Shown: positions 52,684 through 62,854 of the stretch, piece after piece | Layout: every line of letters starts with the position of its first letter | Position numbering within the stretch: position 1 is the stretch's first letter | Assembly: GCF_001194135.2 (NCBI RefSeq) | Contig: NC_068982.1 | Coordinates: 46,556,984 to 46,620,983 of the forward strand | Direction: 5' to 3' | DNA length: 64,000 bases | Source of the DNA: Octopus bimaculoides | Taxonomy: Eukaryota | The notes under the pieces: model-generated | The model's input: the letters and a program-made list of their open reading frames with translations, nothing else | Told to the model about the DNA's origin: nothing | The model's database searches: none | Position numbers and translations under genes: made by a program

Positions 52684-55048
52684 CTGTAAGTTTTTTTATC
52701 TAATTTTATTTATCTAGTGCAGTGCAGTGCTAATATTACTACCCACAGATAAAATGTTTTGCAGTATTCTGGTACCTTACATTCTGAGTTCAAATCCAAC
52801 TGACATCAACTTTACCTTCATCCTTCCAAAGTTGATAAATCAAGTACCAGTTTTAAGCAGTGGAAAGGTAAAATTGTTAAAGCAACAGGCAGGATGCCTT
52901 GTATTTGCTTAGGATCTTTGCATCCTGAGTTCAAATTCCAACAAAGCCTTCTTGGGTGGTAGACCTAATTTATCATCCAATTTAACATCCACACCTGATA
53001 TTTGAAGGCTTTCAGCAGAATCAACTCTGTTGCAAGCATTTTGGTTAGGTCTGATCTGATTTGAGTATAACTTCTTTCTTCACTCCAATATCAGAGGCCC
53101 TGTTTATGTACTCTCACAAGAGATTTTTAAAAATGTATAAAACTTGAAGCCCTTTCAATTAGAAAATTGAAATCTTGACATGGTTGTCCATTTGCCTGTA
53201 TTTTCCAGCACACAAGTCGAATTTTTCAAACCAAAATTTGCAACTAGAAAAAGTTATGTCAATTTATACACCAAAACAACTTTGGAGAACCAAAAATTGC
53301 ATGCGAAATGCAGCAGGATTTGAAGAGACAATGACAGTGTTTTACTGTTTACATTATATGCTATGTCAGCTTGTATAGTCAAACAAACCAACCCTAAGAC
53401 TTATTTTTAAGCCTCGTACAGATCAACCCCACCAGTACTTCTATTCTTTTTTAAGCCTGGTACTTGTTGCGTTGGTCTCTTTTGCCAAATTGCTAAGTTA
53501 TGGTGATGTAAACAAACCAATACCAGTTGTAAAGCAGTGGTGGGAGACAAACACAGACATAAACACACACACATATACACATACATATGTATATATATAT
53601 ATATATATCATCATCATCATCATCGTTTAACATCCGCTTTCCATGCTAGCATGGGTTGGACGATTTGACTGAGGACTGGTGCAACCGGATGGCTACACCA
53701 GGCTCCAATCTAATTTGGCAGAGTTTCTACAGCTGGATGCCCTTCCTAATGCCAATATATATATATACACAACAGGCTTCTTTCAGTTGTTAAGTAGAAG
53801 ACACTTGCGCAAGGTGCAATGCAGATGAAAGTGAACTCAGGACCATGTGTTTGGGAGGCAAACTTTTTACCATACAGTAAAATTACCTATAATTATTCAC
53901 AAATCAGATCTATCTCTCCATTGATAAATAAAAACTGGGAAATGAGTTTGTTATAAGTTAATAAAACTGATTTATTGAAGAAAGAATTTATTTAAATAAA
54001 AACAAAATTTTTGATAGTTAAAAGGTTGGGAAACAGTGAAATATGTGATTACTTGGCCTGCTAGAAATAGCATCAAAATCCTCCTCAAAACACACAGTAT
54101 AGTTTTAAACACAAAAGCGATATATTCAGTAGTGTTATCAACTTTATTAGTTTGGATAAGTTTATATGTTGTAGAGAGGGAAGTGGGATTTGGCATTTTG
54201 GTACTGGCTCTCCAGCAAAGGGGTATGACTTGTTGCTTGTGTACAACAAGTCTGTCCCTAAACATCAAATATCACTTTTTCTCACAGCATGTCAATTTCA
54301 TAATGTTATGATAAACACATGAAGTTCATTGTATAATATTTAACAATGCAGAGTGACACCAGTTTTCTCAGACTCTCATGTTTTTTATATATTGAAGTGG
54401 CTGTTTGTAAGTAGCTTGCTTACCAACCACATGGTTCTGGATTCAGTCCCACTGTGTGGCACCTTGGGCAAGTGTTTTCTACTATAGCCTTGGGCCAACC
54501 AAAGCCTTGTGAGTAGATTTGGTAGAAGGAAACTGAAAGAAGCCTGTCATTACATCATTTTCATCTACTAATTACTCCAGCGTACTGGAGCTATAGAGAT
54601 AGAATGGGGCATGCCAACGCTAGGCCAAAACAGCTGTAAGATTTTGTCCCTTCTCCAATTGCTAAATGTCCTTTAAATTTGAAATCTTAATTGTTGATAT
54701 GACATGGTATGTCATAAGTCTCTGTATATTGTCTTTCTTGTCATTTTGGTTATAAAATAAACAGATTAATCAACGGAATACAGTGTCTGCAAGTTGATGA
54801 GTACCTCATATTCCCCTCCATTTTCTTATTTGCTATATATATATATATATGTGTGTGTAAATGGATGAATGAATTATCCTTTATTTACAGTTAACATGGA
54901 AAATTCAATAAACAGTTACCAGGGTAGCAAAATTCATGCAAGTAACAAGGATGTTCAAAAGTAGAAACTCCGGGTTAATGTGCAGTAATTTGTATAGTAT
55001 AAATAAATAAATTGTTATAATGTCTTGTTGTTGAGATGGGTTCTCTTT

Positions 55049-55133
55049 CTTTCCTGATGAGAAGATTACATTATTTTACACCGTTTATTCCTTTGGGAAT
55101 AAAACCAATGTTGTCTTCAAAACATGTCGAAAG
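55049..55133 (+). ncRNA. Type-I hammerhead-like motif with an extended stem II (family H3)
   Basis: Stem I CUUUC/GAAAG, core CUGAUGA, 12-bp stem II gaagattacatt/aatgttgtcttc with an inner hairpin, then AAAAC-AU-GUC. The only core defect is G12 to A; predicted cleavage after C55128. Confidence 0.65.
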
Positions 55134-55176
55134 TAAAAGAATTTGAATAACATTTGTGTTCAACTCCATTTATTTA

Positions 55177-55224
<48 letters not shown>

Positions 55225-55946
55225 ACAAGCTTCTTTCAGTTTCCATCTACCAAATCCCCTCACAAGGCTATGGTTGGCCCAAGGTTATAGTAGAAGACAC
55301 TTGCCCATGTAGTGGGACTGAACCCAGAACCATGTGGTTGGAAAGCAAGCTTCTTACCGCACAACTACGCCTGTGCTTTGTTTATAAACAAATTCCTGAT
55401 TGAAAGCTACACATCCTGTGTTTGAATCAACATGTAGACCAACTACATATGTATTTTGCCTACCTGTGAGGGATGTAAAGTAAAGGTGTCTCTAAAAGTA
55501 GTTGAACTCAGAGTATATAGAGCTATGGTTATATACAAAATCCTTATAAAAGAAAAACGAAAACAAGAAAAGAAGTTCCCTTTGCTCTTAAGCAATTTTG
55601 TAACCATCTATTGTTAGAAAATGCTCATTCTATGGTTTCATGAAATTGTATGACTTTGGAAACCTATCTAACCCATACTGATATAGAAAAGATGATGTAA
55701 TGTTTTGATTTCTTTGAATCAGAACAAAGTACGTGTTGGAAAATGTCTATTTATAGAATTATTCCATTGGGAAACAAGTACAAAAAGGAATTTTGTCCAT
55801 GAGTCATAGGCAAAACAGAAAATGTTTTGTCAGGCAAACGATTATGGATTAAATATTTTATTTATAGATTTGTAGCAAGAGTATGTTCATAGATCGCCCA
55901 TTTAGGCTTAAATAGTCTGAAAATGGTTCATACACAGGTTTTCTAT

Positions 55947-56029
55947 GATTGGTCATGTGATGGTGTATTACACTGACTGAGTCCATTGTTGAGACTGGAT
56001 ATGTTAAGTGTCCAATCAAATCACATGAC
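55947..56029. promoter_or_regulatory. Paired CCAAT-box plus E-box modules
   Basis: GATTGG-TCATGTGA at 55947-55960 and CCAATC-aaa-TCACATGAC at 56012-56029. CCAAT boxes (NF-Y) lie next to CATGTG E-boxes (bHLH-ZIP type) on opposite strands. Confidence 0.45.
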
Positions 56030-56418
56030 AAACCAACCAAGTGCGGCAAAATATTTTCACTCTCTGGAACCTTGTGGTATCTCTAGATAAGAGAATCTTT
56101 CGTGTTTTCGCCAGTGAGGTGGGAAGCTTGAGAGGGACAGGAAAGTTATTTTGCAGGTAGCTTTGACATGCTACTTTTGTTGTTGAAGCACGTCACCAAA
56201 TTTCAACTGAGTTGAGAAGCTGACTTTGTATATTTTTCTTCAGGCAGTTGTCATCATGATGTAACTAACCAGTTGCTGTACTAATTCACTTAACAGTTTA
56301 ATAAAATGTAGCAGCTAATTGCAACTCGTTTTCTTGTATTTCTTTCTGCTGTTTTATACACAACTCATTGGAACCAAGAACTTGTGATTATACTAGGGCC
56401 AGAAACATGCTAACCAAC

Positions 56419-56458
56419 CTCTTAAAGATTTGTAGTGGCGCGAAATTATGGCTGCCAT
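56419..56458 (-). CDS. Candidate first coding exon of the minus-strand gene (MAAIISRHYKSLR + G, phase 1)
   Basis: ATG overlaps the YY1-like motif in the promoter module; donor GAG|gttggt is moderate. Linkage to the downstream exons is inference only. Confidence 0.25.
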
Positions 56459-56528
56459 TAAGGAAGTACAATCTACGCATGCGCAAGGGACTTGCTTTCT
56501 CAGAAGCCCCTTGAGTGCGCATGCGTAG
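56437..56528. promoter_or_regulatory. Housekeeping-type promoter module (E2F, YY1-like, two NRF1-like motifs)
   Basis: GGCGCGAAA (E2F) at 56437-56445. ATGGCTGCCAT (YY1-like on both strands) at 56448-56458. CGCATGCGCA at 56476-56485 and TGCGCATGCG at 56516-56525 (NRF1 consensus). Local CpG enrichment. Confidence 0.6.
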
Positions 56529-57599
56529 TAAAATCAGTACTTAAAGTGCTTCACGCACTTTTTAAGCCTCTTTAGTGTGATGCTTTCGACATGACAACTA
56601 CTTGCTCCTTTGGCATGCCTCAACGAAGCTCTTAATATCCAGATGCCGATCACAAGTTAACCAGCGGCTGTCAGGCTGAATGACACAGGATTGTAAAGCC
56701 AAGCATCACCCAAAATAAAACTTATTTTTAGTATGTTGTTAATTGTTCTACTGTTTCTTAATATATAATTTTGTTGAAAGGTGATAGAGAGAGGTTAAAG
56801 TCTCTATTGCTACTATCAACCTTTTACAGATTTATTATGTAAAACTGGATATTTAGGGTTTTCTAAGGGATGAAAAAACGTTGATCTCAGCAGGATTTGA
56901 ACTCAGAATCTAAAAATGAACTAAATACTAGAATACATTTAATTCTCCACAAAATAATGATTCTGTCAACTCACTAGCAATAAATAACTTCCCAAATATT
57001 GCCATTTTTCTGCAGTCGATAATTTAAAGTTTTAATCGAAGAAAAGATGAGATAGAAACAATGCAATCTTCTCAGTATTCTTCGAATGATCAGAATATTT
57101 AACCTGAATTTTATCTAAAAGGTCACAAGATTCATTCCAGACTGTTGTATGTACATACACAAATCATCTCTTATTCAAGTTTCAATCAAGGATGGGGAAA
57201 ACTAGACATAAAGAAGAGAAAGGAAAAAAAAACGAACAATATCTAAAACTGACAGCCAATCCAGAAATAGAACAGAGGTTGACAGACAAGAAGAGAAAGA
57301 AAAAGAAAAGAAATTCAGAAGCTAAATATATTAAAAGATGTTTTCTTTCCCCTATGAAATGTTCAAAAAAAATGTCTGCTCAATTGTTTACCATTTGAGT
57401 TACTCCCCTTAGCCTGTGGCGTGATAAAGACTTTTTTAATGATTTCCAATGACAACAGAGGTAAAACATCGTTGCAAACGGCAATTATATATATTTTAAA
57501 AGAAGCGATGTTATTACCAAAATATAGAAACCTTCTTTAACATTCTCATTTTTTTTTTAATTGTTTACACTTATTTATTAGATTGGGAGTTCTAGGCAC

Positions 57600-57900
57600 T
57601 GCACAAGCTTTCATTCTCACTAGCAGCTACCTCCTCTTCTCTTGTGCTATTATTTCCTCATTGAGCAGATTTCAACTACAGGTGTACATTTATAAATCAT
57701 CTCGGGTGTAATTCATGTATTTCCAGTCAATTAGACAAGTCGTGTAACAGGATTATATGGTTGATAGCATCAAAAGCTTTTCAACATCGTCATGCATCAT
57801 TGAATATACAATTTCATTGCAAACTGTTTTTGATTTGTTTTTGCCCTGCTACAATGGCTTATTTACAAAGATCTACACTGCAGTGCCATAACCATAACCT
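57600..57900 (-). mobile_element. Degenerate non-LTR RT fragment
   Basis: Minus-strand KAFDAINHIILLHDLSN (about 57729-57780) matches the LINE RT motif D..KAFD.V.H..LL..L; surrounded by stops. Confidence 0.5.
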
Positions 57901-58040
57901 TTTCTTTTCTTTCTTTTTTTTTGTGGTAAGGTACTCTCCACGTAGTAAGATTTGTTGATGATCCTTATCCATAACCATAACCATTTTTTTTTCTGTGGTA
58001 AGGTATTCTTAACGTAGTAAGATTTGTTGATGATCCTTAT
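57886..58040. repeat. Local tandem duplication (83 bp + 72 bp)
   Basis: ccataaccataacc-(T-rich)-gtggtaaggta...cgtagtaagatttgttgatgatccttat occurs twice in direct succession. Confidence 0.9.
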
Positions 58041-59009
58041 TGCTTATCTTCTCCATGAAACAAACACCAAATGCCAAATGAGAGATCCTCTTCCAATGAT
58101 TATAAGACCTGCTAGAAAAAGCAGTTAAATACCACAGGTTACTGACTTAATTAGAAGAAAGGATACATTAGACAAAGTAGCTCAACACATCCCTTACAAA
58201 AATGGTGTAATCATGGCTAGAGGGCTTATTTATAAAAAGATTTATTGCATGTAAAATTTCTTCCAACTGTAGCATTGGATTCAATCTCGTGTTTTGTGAC
58301 ATGGATCTCAAACCACAGTTCAGTCTGAGATTTTATCCAATAAATGACTGTTGTTTAATGTGATAGTGGTTCATGTGGTACTTTCCATGAGTGGGGCCTA
58401 TAAGTATAGCCAAAATGAGCAGCAAAATTTTGGATCAAGTTGTGTTACACTCTCCTAATAGCTGTTCTCCCAGCTGCATATTCAATCAAAGATGATCAAA
58501 TGTATATATATTTACTTGATATATACATTAACAAAACTAGCTCCGTGTTGAGTTGCTAGCAGATTCTTTTTCTGTGTATTGTATTACGTTGTGTAAAAGC
58601 TAACACTTCCTTTTTCCGAGCTGAGATTCGAAACTGAATCTAAGGATTCTTGCTTGTCTTATCTACTACTGGCCAAACAAACGCGAAAGAAATTTCTTTG
58701 TCCTGTCAAAAGTGATGGATGGTTTTCCCTTCAACCTACAACCTGAACCGTGTCATTTAAGATTCAAGTGGACAGGAGGTGACTTTCATAAGTAGGAATT
58801 ACTTCTGTGGTATGTCTGTCCTTCTAGCTGTCATGACCATTATAAATACAGTCAGACATACGACAGAAAGAATTACCAGGTGAACAGCCTTGCACCAGTT
58901 AAGCAACCAACATAGAACCATATATTCAGCATGAACGACTCAACACAACAGCAGTCACAGAACATAAACAGACACCACTGAATGACCAACACACACACAG
59001 ACACAAAAC

Positions 59010-59074
59010 ATGTCCGGTTCTAGCTCATCATATCGACACAGTATTTTCCCCGTTATTTTCTTCATCAACTCGAA
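59010..59074 (+). CDS. Candidate first coding exon of an unidentified plus-strand gene (MSGSSSSYRHSIFPVIFFINS..., phase 2)
   Basis: ATG in an aaacATG context, open frame to a strong donor GAA|gtaagt, within a CpG-enriched non-repetitive block (58.55-59.3 kb). No downstream exon confirmed; a large N gap follows. Confidence 0.3.
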
Positions 59075-60909
59075 GTAAGTTGGTAATGTCATTTAGTGAA
59101 TTTTTTGGTGTATACAACAAGTAAATGCAAGTGTCATTTAAATAAATTATTTAAACCACAATCTGATGCTTTCCCATTGTTTTACTTTGATGTCGTTCAC
59201 ATGCTATTTCATCTGCTACCTTAACGTCGTTTGCTACACTTTTCTCGCTACAGTTGTTTCATCTTATTATTTCCATTAATTGTATTGCATGTTTCCTATT
59301 AATATAACAAATAAATTATGTTACAACACATAGAAAAAAGTTGCAGAGGTTTAAAATTTGATCATTTTTACCCATTCAGAAAACAGGATTTGGAAGCAGC
59401 TATTTTGTGTGTGATTGCACGTATTGTCAACTGTAAACAAATAAAATATTGGTGGAATTCAGCTTCATGCACGGCCCCTTGNNNNNNNNNNNNNNNNNNN
59501 NNNNNNNNNNNNNNNNNNNNNNNNNNNNNNNNNNNNNNNNNNNNNNNNNNNNNNNNNNNNNNNNNNNNNNNNNNNNNNNNNNNNNNNNNNNNNNNNNNNN
59601 NNNNNNNNNNNNNNNNNNNNNNNNNNNNNNNNNNNNNNNNNNNNNNNNNNNNNNNNNNNNNNNNNNNNNNNNNNNNNNNNNNNNNNNNNNNNNNNNNNNN
59701 NNNNNNNNNNNNNNNNNNNNNNNNNNNNNNNNNNNNNNNNNNNNNNNNNNNNNNNNNNNNNNNNNNNNNNNNNNNNNNNNNNNNNNNNNNNNNNNNNNNN
59801 NNNNNNNNNNNNNNNNNNNNNNNNNNNNNNNNNNNNNNNNNNNNNNNNNNNNNNNNNNNNNNNNNNNNNNNNNNNNNNNNNNNNNNNNNNNNNNNNNNNN
59901 NNNNNNNNNNNNNNNNNNNNNNNNNNNNNNNNNNNNNNNNNNNNNNNNNNNNNNNNNNNNNNNNNNNNNNNNNNNNNNNNNNNNNNNNNNNNNNNNNNNN
60001 NNNNNNNNNNNNNNNNNNNNNNNNNNNNNNNNNNNNNNNNNNNNNNNNNNNNNNNNNNNNNNNNNNNNNNNNNNNNNNNNNNNNNNNNNNNNNNNNNNNN
60101 NNNNNNNNNNNNNNNNNNNNNNNNNNNNNNNNNNNNNNNNNNNNNNNNNNNNNNNNNNNNNNNNNNNNNNNNNNNNNNNNNNNNNNNNNNNNNNNNNNNN
60201 NNNNNNNNNNNNNNNNNNNNNNNNNNNNNNNNNNNNNNNNNNNNNNNNNNNNNNNNNNNNNNNNNNNNNNNNNNNNNNNNNNNNNNNNNNNNNNNNNNNN
60301 NNNNNNNNNNNNNNNNNNNNNNNNNNNNNNNNNNNNNNNNNNNNNNNNNNNNNNNNNNNNNNNNNNNNNNNNNNNNNNNTGGTAAAGAAATAATTGGTTA
60401 AAAGAAAAATGGAAATGCAATTGTGAAAATTTGTAAGAATTAAAGTGCTCGGAAAAAAAATTAACAAGTTCCCACCTATTTCCATGGGCCTGCTCATTCA
60501 GTAGAACTGGGTGTGGGAGTAGGGTGTTAAAAACAACTGAGAGAAATCTTTTTTTAAGTACTCTTGTTTTGAAATCATCATTGGCAATGGTTTGGCAGAA
60601 TCAAAGTGTCAGACGAAAATCCTTGAGGAATTTGTTCTGAGTTCAAATCCCACCAAAGACAACTTCATCTTTTACCATTCTGAGGGTCAAAAAGTTAAAG
60701 TACTTGCCAAATATTGGGGTCAAAATAATTGATAAACTACTCCCCACAAATTTTTGACTTTAGCAGACCTGTGATCAAAAGTATTTCACCTATGATGTGA
60801 CTGTCTTATCTTTTATTCAGATATTGTGTATTATCCAATATGTATTTACCTTTTAAATAAATTATTATTATTATTATCATTATTATTATTATTATCATTA
60901 TTATTATCA

Positions 60910-61494
60910 TTCAGTAGTTTTATTTTTATAACATGCTTTCACTTCACTACCGAGCGCAGCTCTGTGCGCCTTGGGTATGTGCTGTGGTTTGCTGTGATGC
61001 TCTTATGGTTACTGTATTGAAAGTGTTTTGCGTAGGATGTGTGCAGTGCCCAGTAGTGCAATTTTCTGTATGTTATATATATTTGTAAGTCCTGGTGTTT
61101 TTGTTATGTATTTGTCTGAATATATTTTTTTATTATACGTAAGGCACCTACTATGATAGGAATTGTTTCTGTTTTTAGATTCCACGTTCGAGTTACCTCT
61201 ATTTCCAGGTCTTTGTATTTTGAAAGTTTCTCCATTTCTTTTAGGGAAACATTGTCATCTGCTGGTATTGATACATCAATTAGAAAGCATTTTTTTCTTC
61301 GTGATCTCTGACAACTATATCTGGCCTATTGGCCTTAATTTCTCTATCTGTGGGTATTGGCATATCCCAGAGTATGGTTGCTATCTCGTTTTCTGTGATC
61401 TTTTCTGGCGTGTATTTATACCGTCTTTTTTCTGTTGTTATTCCATAGTGTTGTCATAGCTTCCAGTGTATATAGGTCCCAGCTCTGTCGTATC
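60910..61494 (-). mobile_element. 5'-truncated R4/Dong-like non-LTR retrotransposon (REL endonuclease region and 3' end)
   Basis: Minus-strand frameshifted translation ...TILWDMPI.TDREIKANRPDIVVRD...CFLIDVSIP...EKLSKYKDLEIEV...IPIIVGAL...IQKIALLGTAHILRK, with (TAA)n tracts on both sides. Confidence 0.8.
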
Positions 61495-61673
61495 ATTATT
61501 ATTATTATTATTACTATTATTAATATTATGAAAGAAATATTTCCAAGAGAAATATTTGAAACCATATTAGTGATGCAGCTCCTTGTGAATCTCCCACTGC
61601 ATCCAGGGAAAAGGGAGCACCATTAATGCTTATTTAAACTAATAAGGGTTTAATTAATATTTGTCTATCACTG

Positions 61674-62609
61674 TTGAGCAATCCCATACCTTACATATTA
61701 GGAATGGGAACAAACGGAAAGCATGTGTGACAGAGATGTCATCAGAAACTTTATTGGACCATAAATTCTTCTGAAAAAGACAATCATACCGAAGCAGTAA
61801 AAGTGGGCAGTTTGGCTGTTACAAATAAAATTAGATAGGAAACTATTGTGAAATAAATAAAGTGTATAGAGATGGAAATATTTGGTGTTCAAGCCATTAA
61901 CAGATGTGCCATTTATACCCAGGCTCATCCAAAGTCATTGATTTCCAGTTGGATTTCTTAGAGGAATCGAAGCAATAGCTGGGAGAAACACATGCTTTAG
62001 CATCAAGTCATTAGATGTTTCAAGATACTTTGCCAGTCCAATTGCAGTGGTTTTGTAAGGGATTTCAAATTGGATCAAGTCTCAACCTCCTTGAGCTCTG
62101 GGTAGATAAAGACAATCTGCTTCATTCTTACTTTCTTCCCTGCTCCTCCTACTACTAATCTTGGAGGGCCCTGAAAGGTCTTAAGTGTTGCCTTTTCTTC
62201 GTTGGCTATGTTATATAAATAAAATGTGTAGTTATTTCTATTATGGCTGAAATCAAAACTGACCCATGTAATTCATTCTGTTATTTTGCATCATTCTGCC
62301 TTTATTTTCTTTGTATGTCATTCAATAAAGTAAATGTCAGTTGCTACAAGGTTACAATCAATGCATTAAGATATGATCACTTATATAGGAAGTGTACTGG
62401 TAACTGTGCTTTAGTTTAACATTGAAAATGATTCACAGTTATCTCATCAAAAATATTGAGCAATCCCATATCATAAATGGCAGAAAAGGGTAAAATGGAA
62501 AGCTTGTAATAAGAAAAATGACATCAGAAATTTTCATTTCACCATAAAATTCTTCTGAAAAAAATGCTGAAATAGCAAAAGTAGGCAGTTGGCTGTTACA
62601 AACAAAATG
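61674..62609. repeat. Diverged direct repeat of about 155 bp (61674-61831 and 62456-62609)
   Basis: Both copies read ttgagcaatcccata...ggaaagc...catcagaaa...ccataaa(a)ttcttctgaaaaa...aaaagt(g/a)ggcagtt(t)ggctgttacaaa. Confidence 0.75.
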
Positions 62610-62623
62610 TTCTGGTAAGGTTT

Positions 62624-62854
62624 TTAACCCTTCAGCATTCAGATTACTCTGTCACATGTAATGCTTACTTATTCATATTGTTTGGAATTAGCCATGCATT
62701 ATCTCAAAGCTATGAGATTTCAATGATGTGATTATGTTATTTTTAGAATGTCATTATGTAGAGTACATGCTAGCGACTGGAAGTGGCTGATTTGAGCATA
62801 GAACAGTTGAAATATTTGGGCAGGATATGACTGGATTAAATGCTAAAGGGTTAA
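62624..62854. mobile_element. piggyBac-type MITE, best-preserved copy
   Basis: TTAA-ccctt(c)agcatt ... aatgctaaaggg-TTAA. CCC/GGG termini with a TTAA target duplication are the piggyBac hallmark; about 230 bp, non-coding. Confidence 0.75.

Noticed and set aside
54921-55054. Open minus-strand exon-like segment (KKENPSQQQDII...)
   Set aside because: Abuts the H3 hammerhead repeat and contains an AT-rich simple stretch; likely chance.
55464-55542. Minus-strand exon candidate with a strong acceptor (ILYITIALYTLSSTTFRDTFTLHPSQ, phase 2-0)
   Set aside because: Phase does not fit the other candidate exons. It may be a UTR exon or need partners hidden in gaps, so it was not called.
57582-57681. Plus-strand hydrophobic exon-like segment (LGVLGTAQAFILTSSYLLFS...)
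   Set aside because: Lies antisense within or beside the LINE RT relic, and the donor is weak.
47527-60497. Long ORFs of 180-356 aa in the ORF track (47527-48465, 51014-51568, 59318-60497; also 7902-8531)
   Set aside because: They are composed almost entirely of X from assembly gaps.
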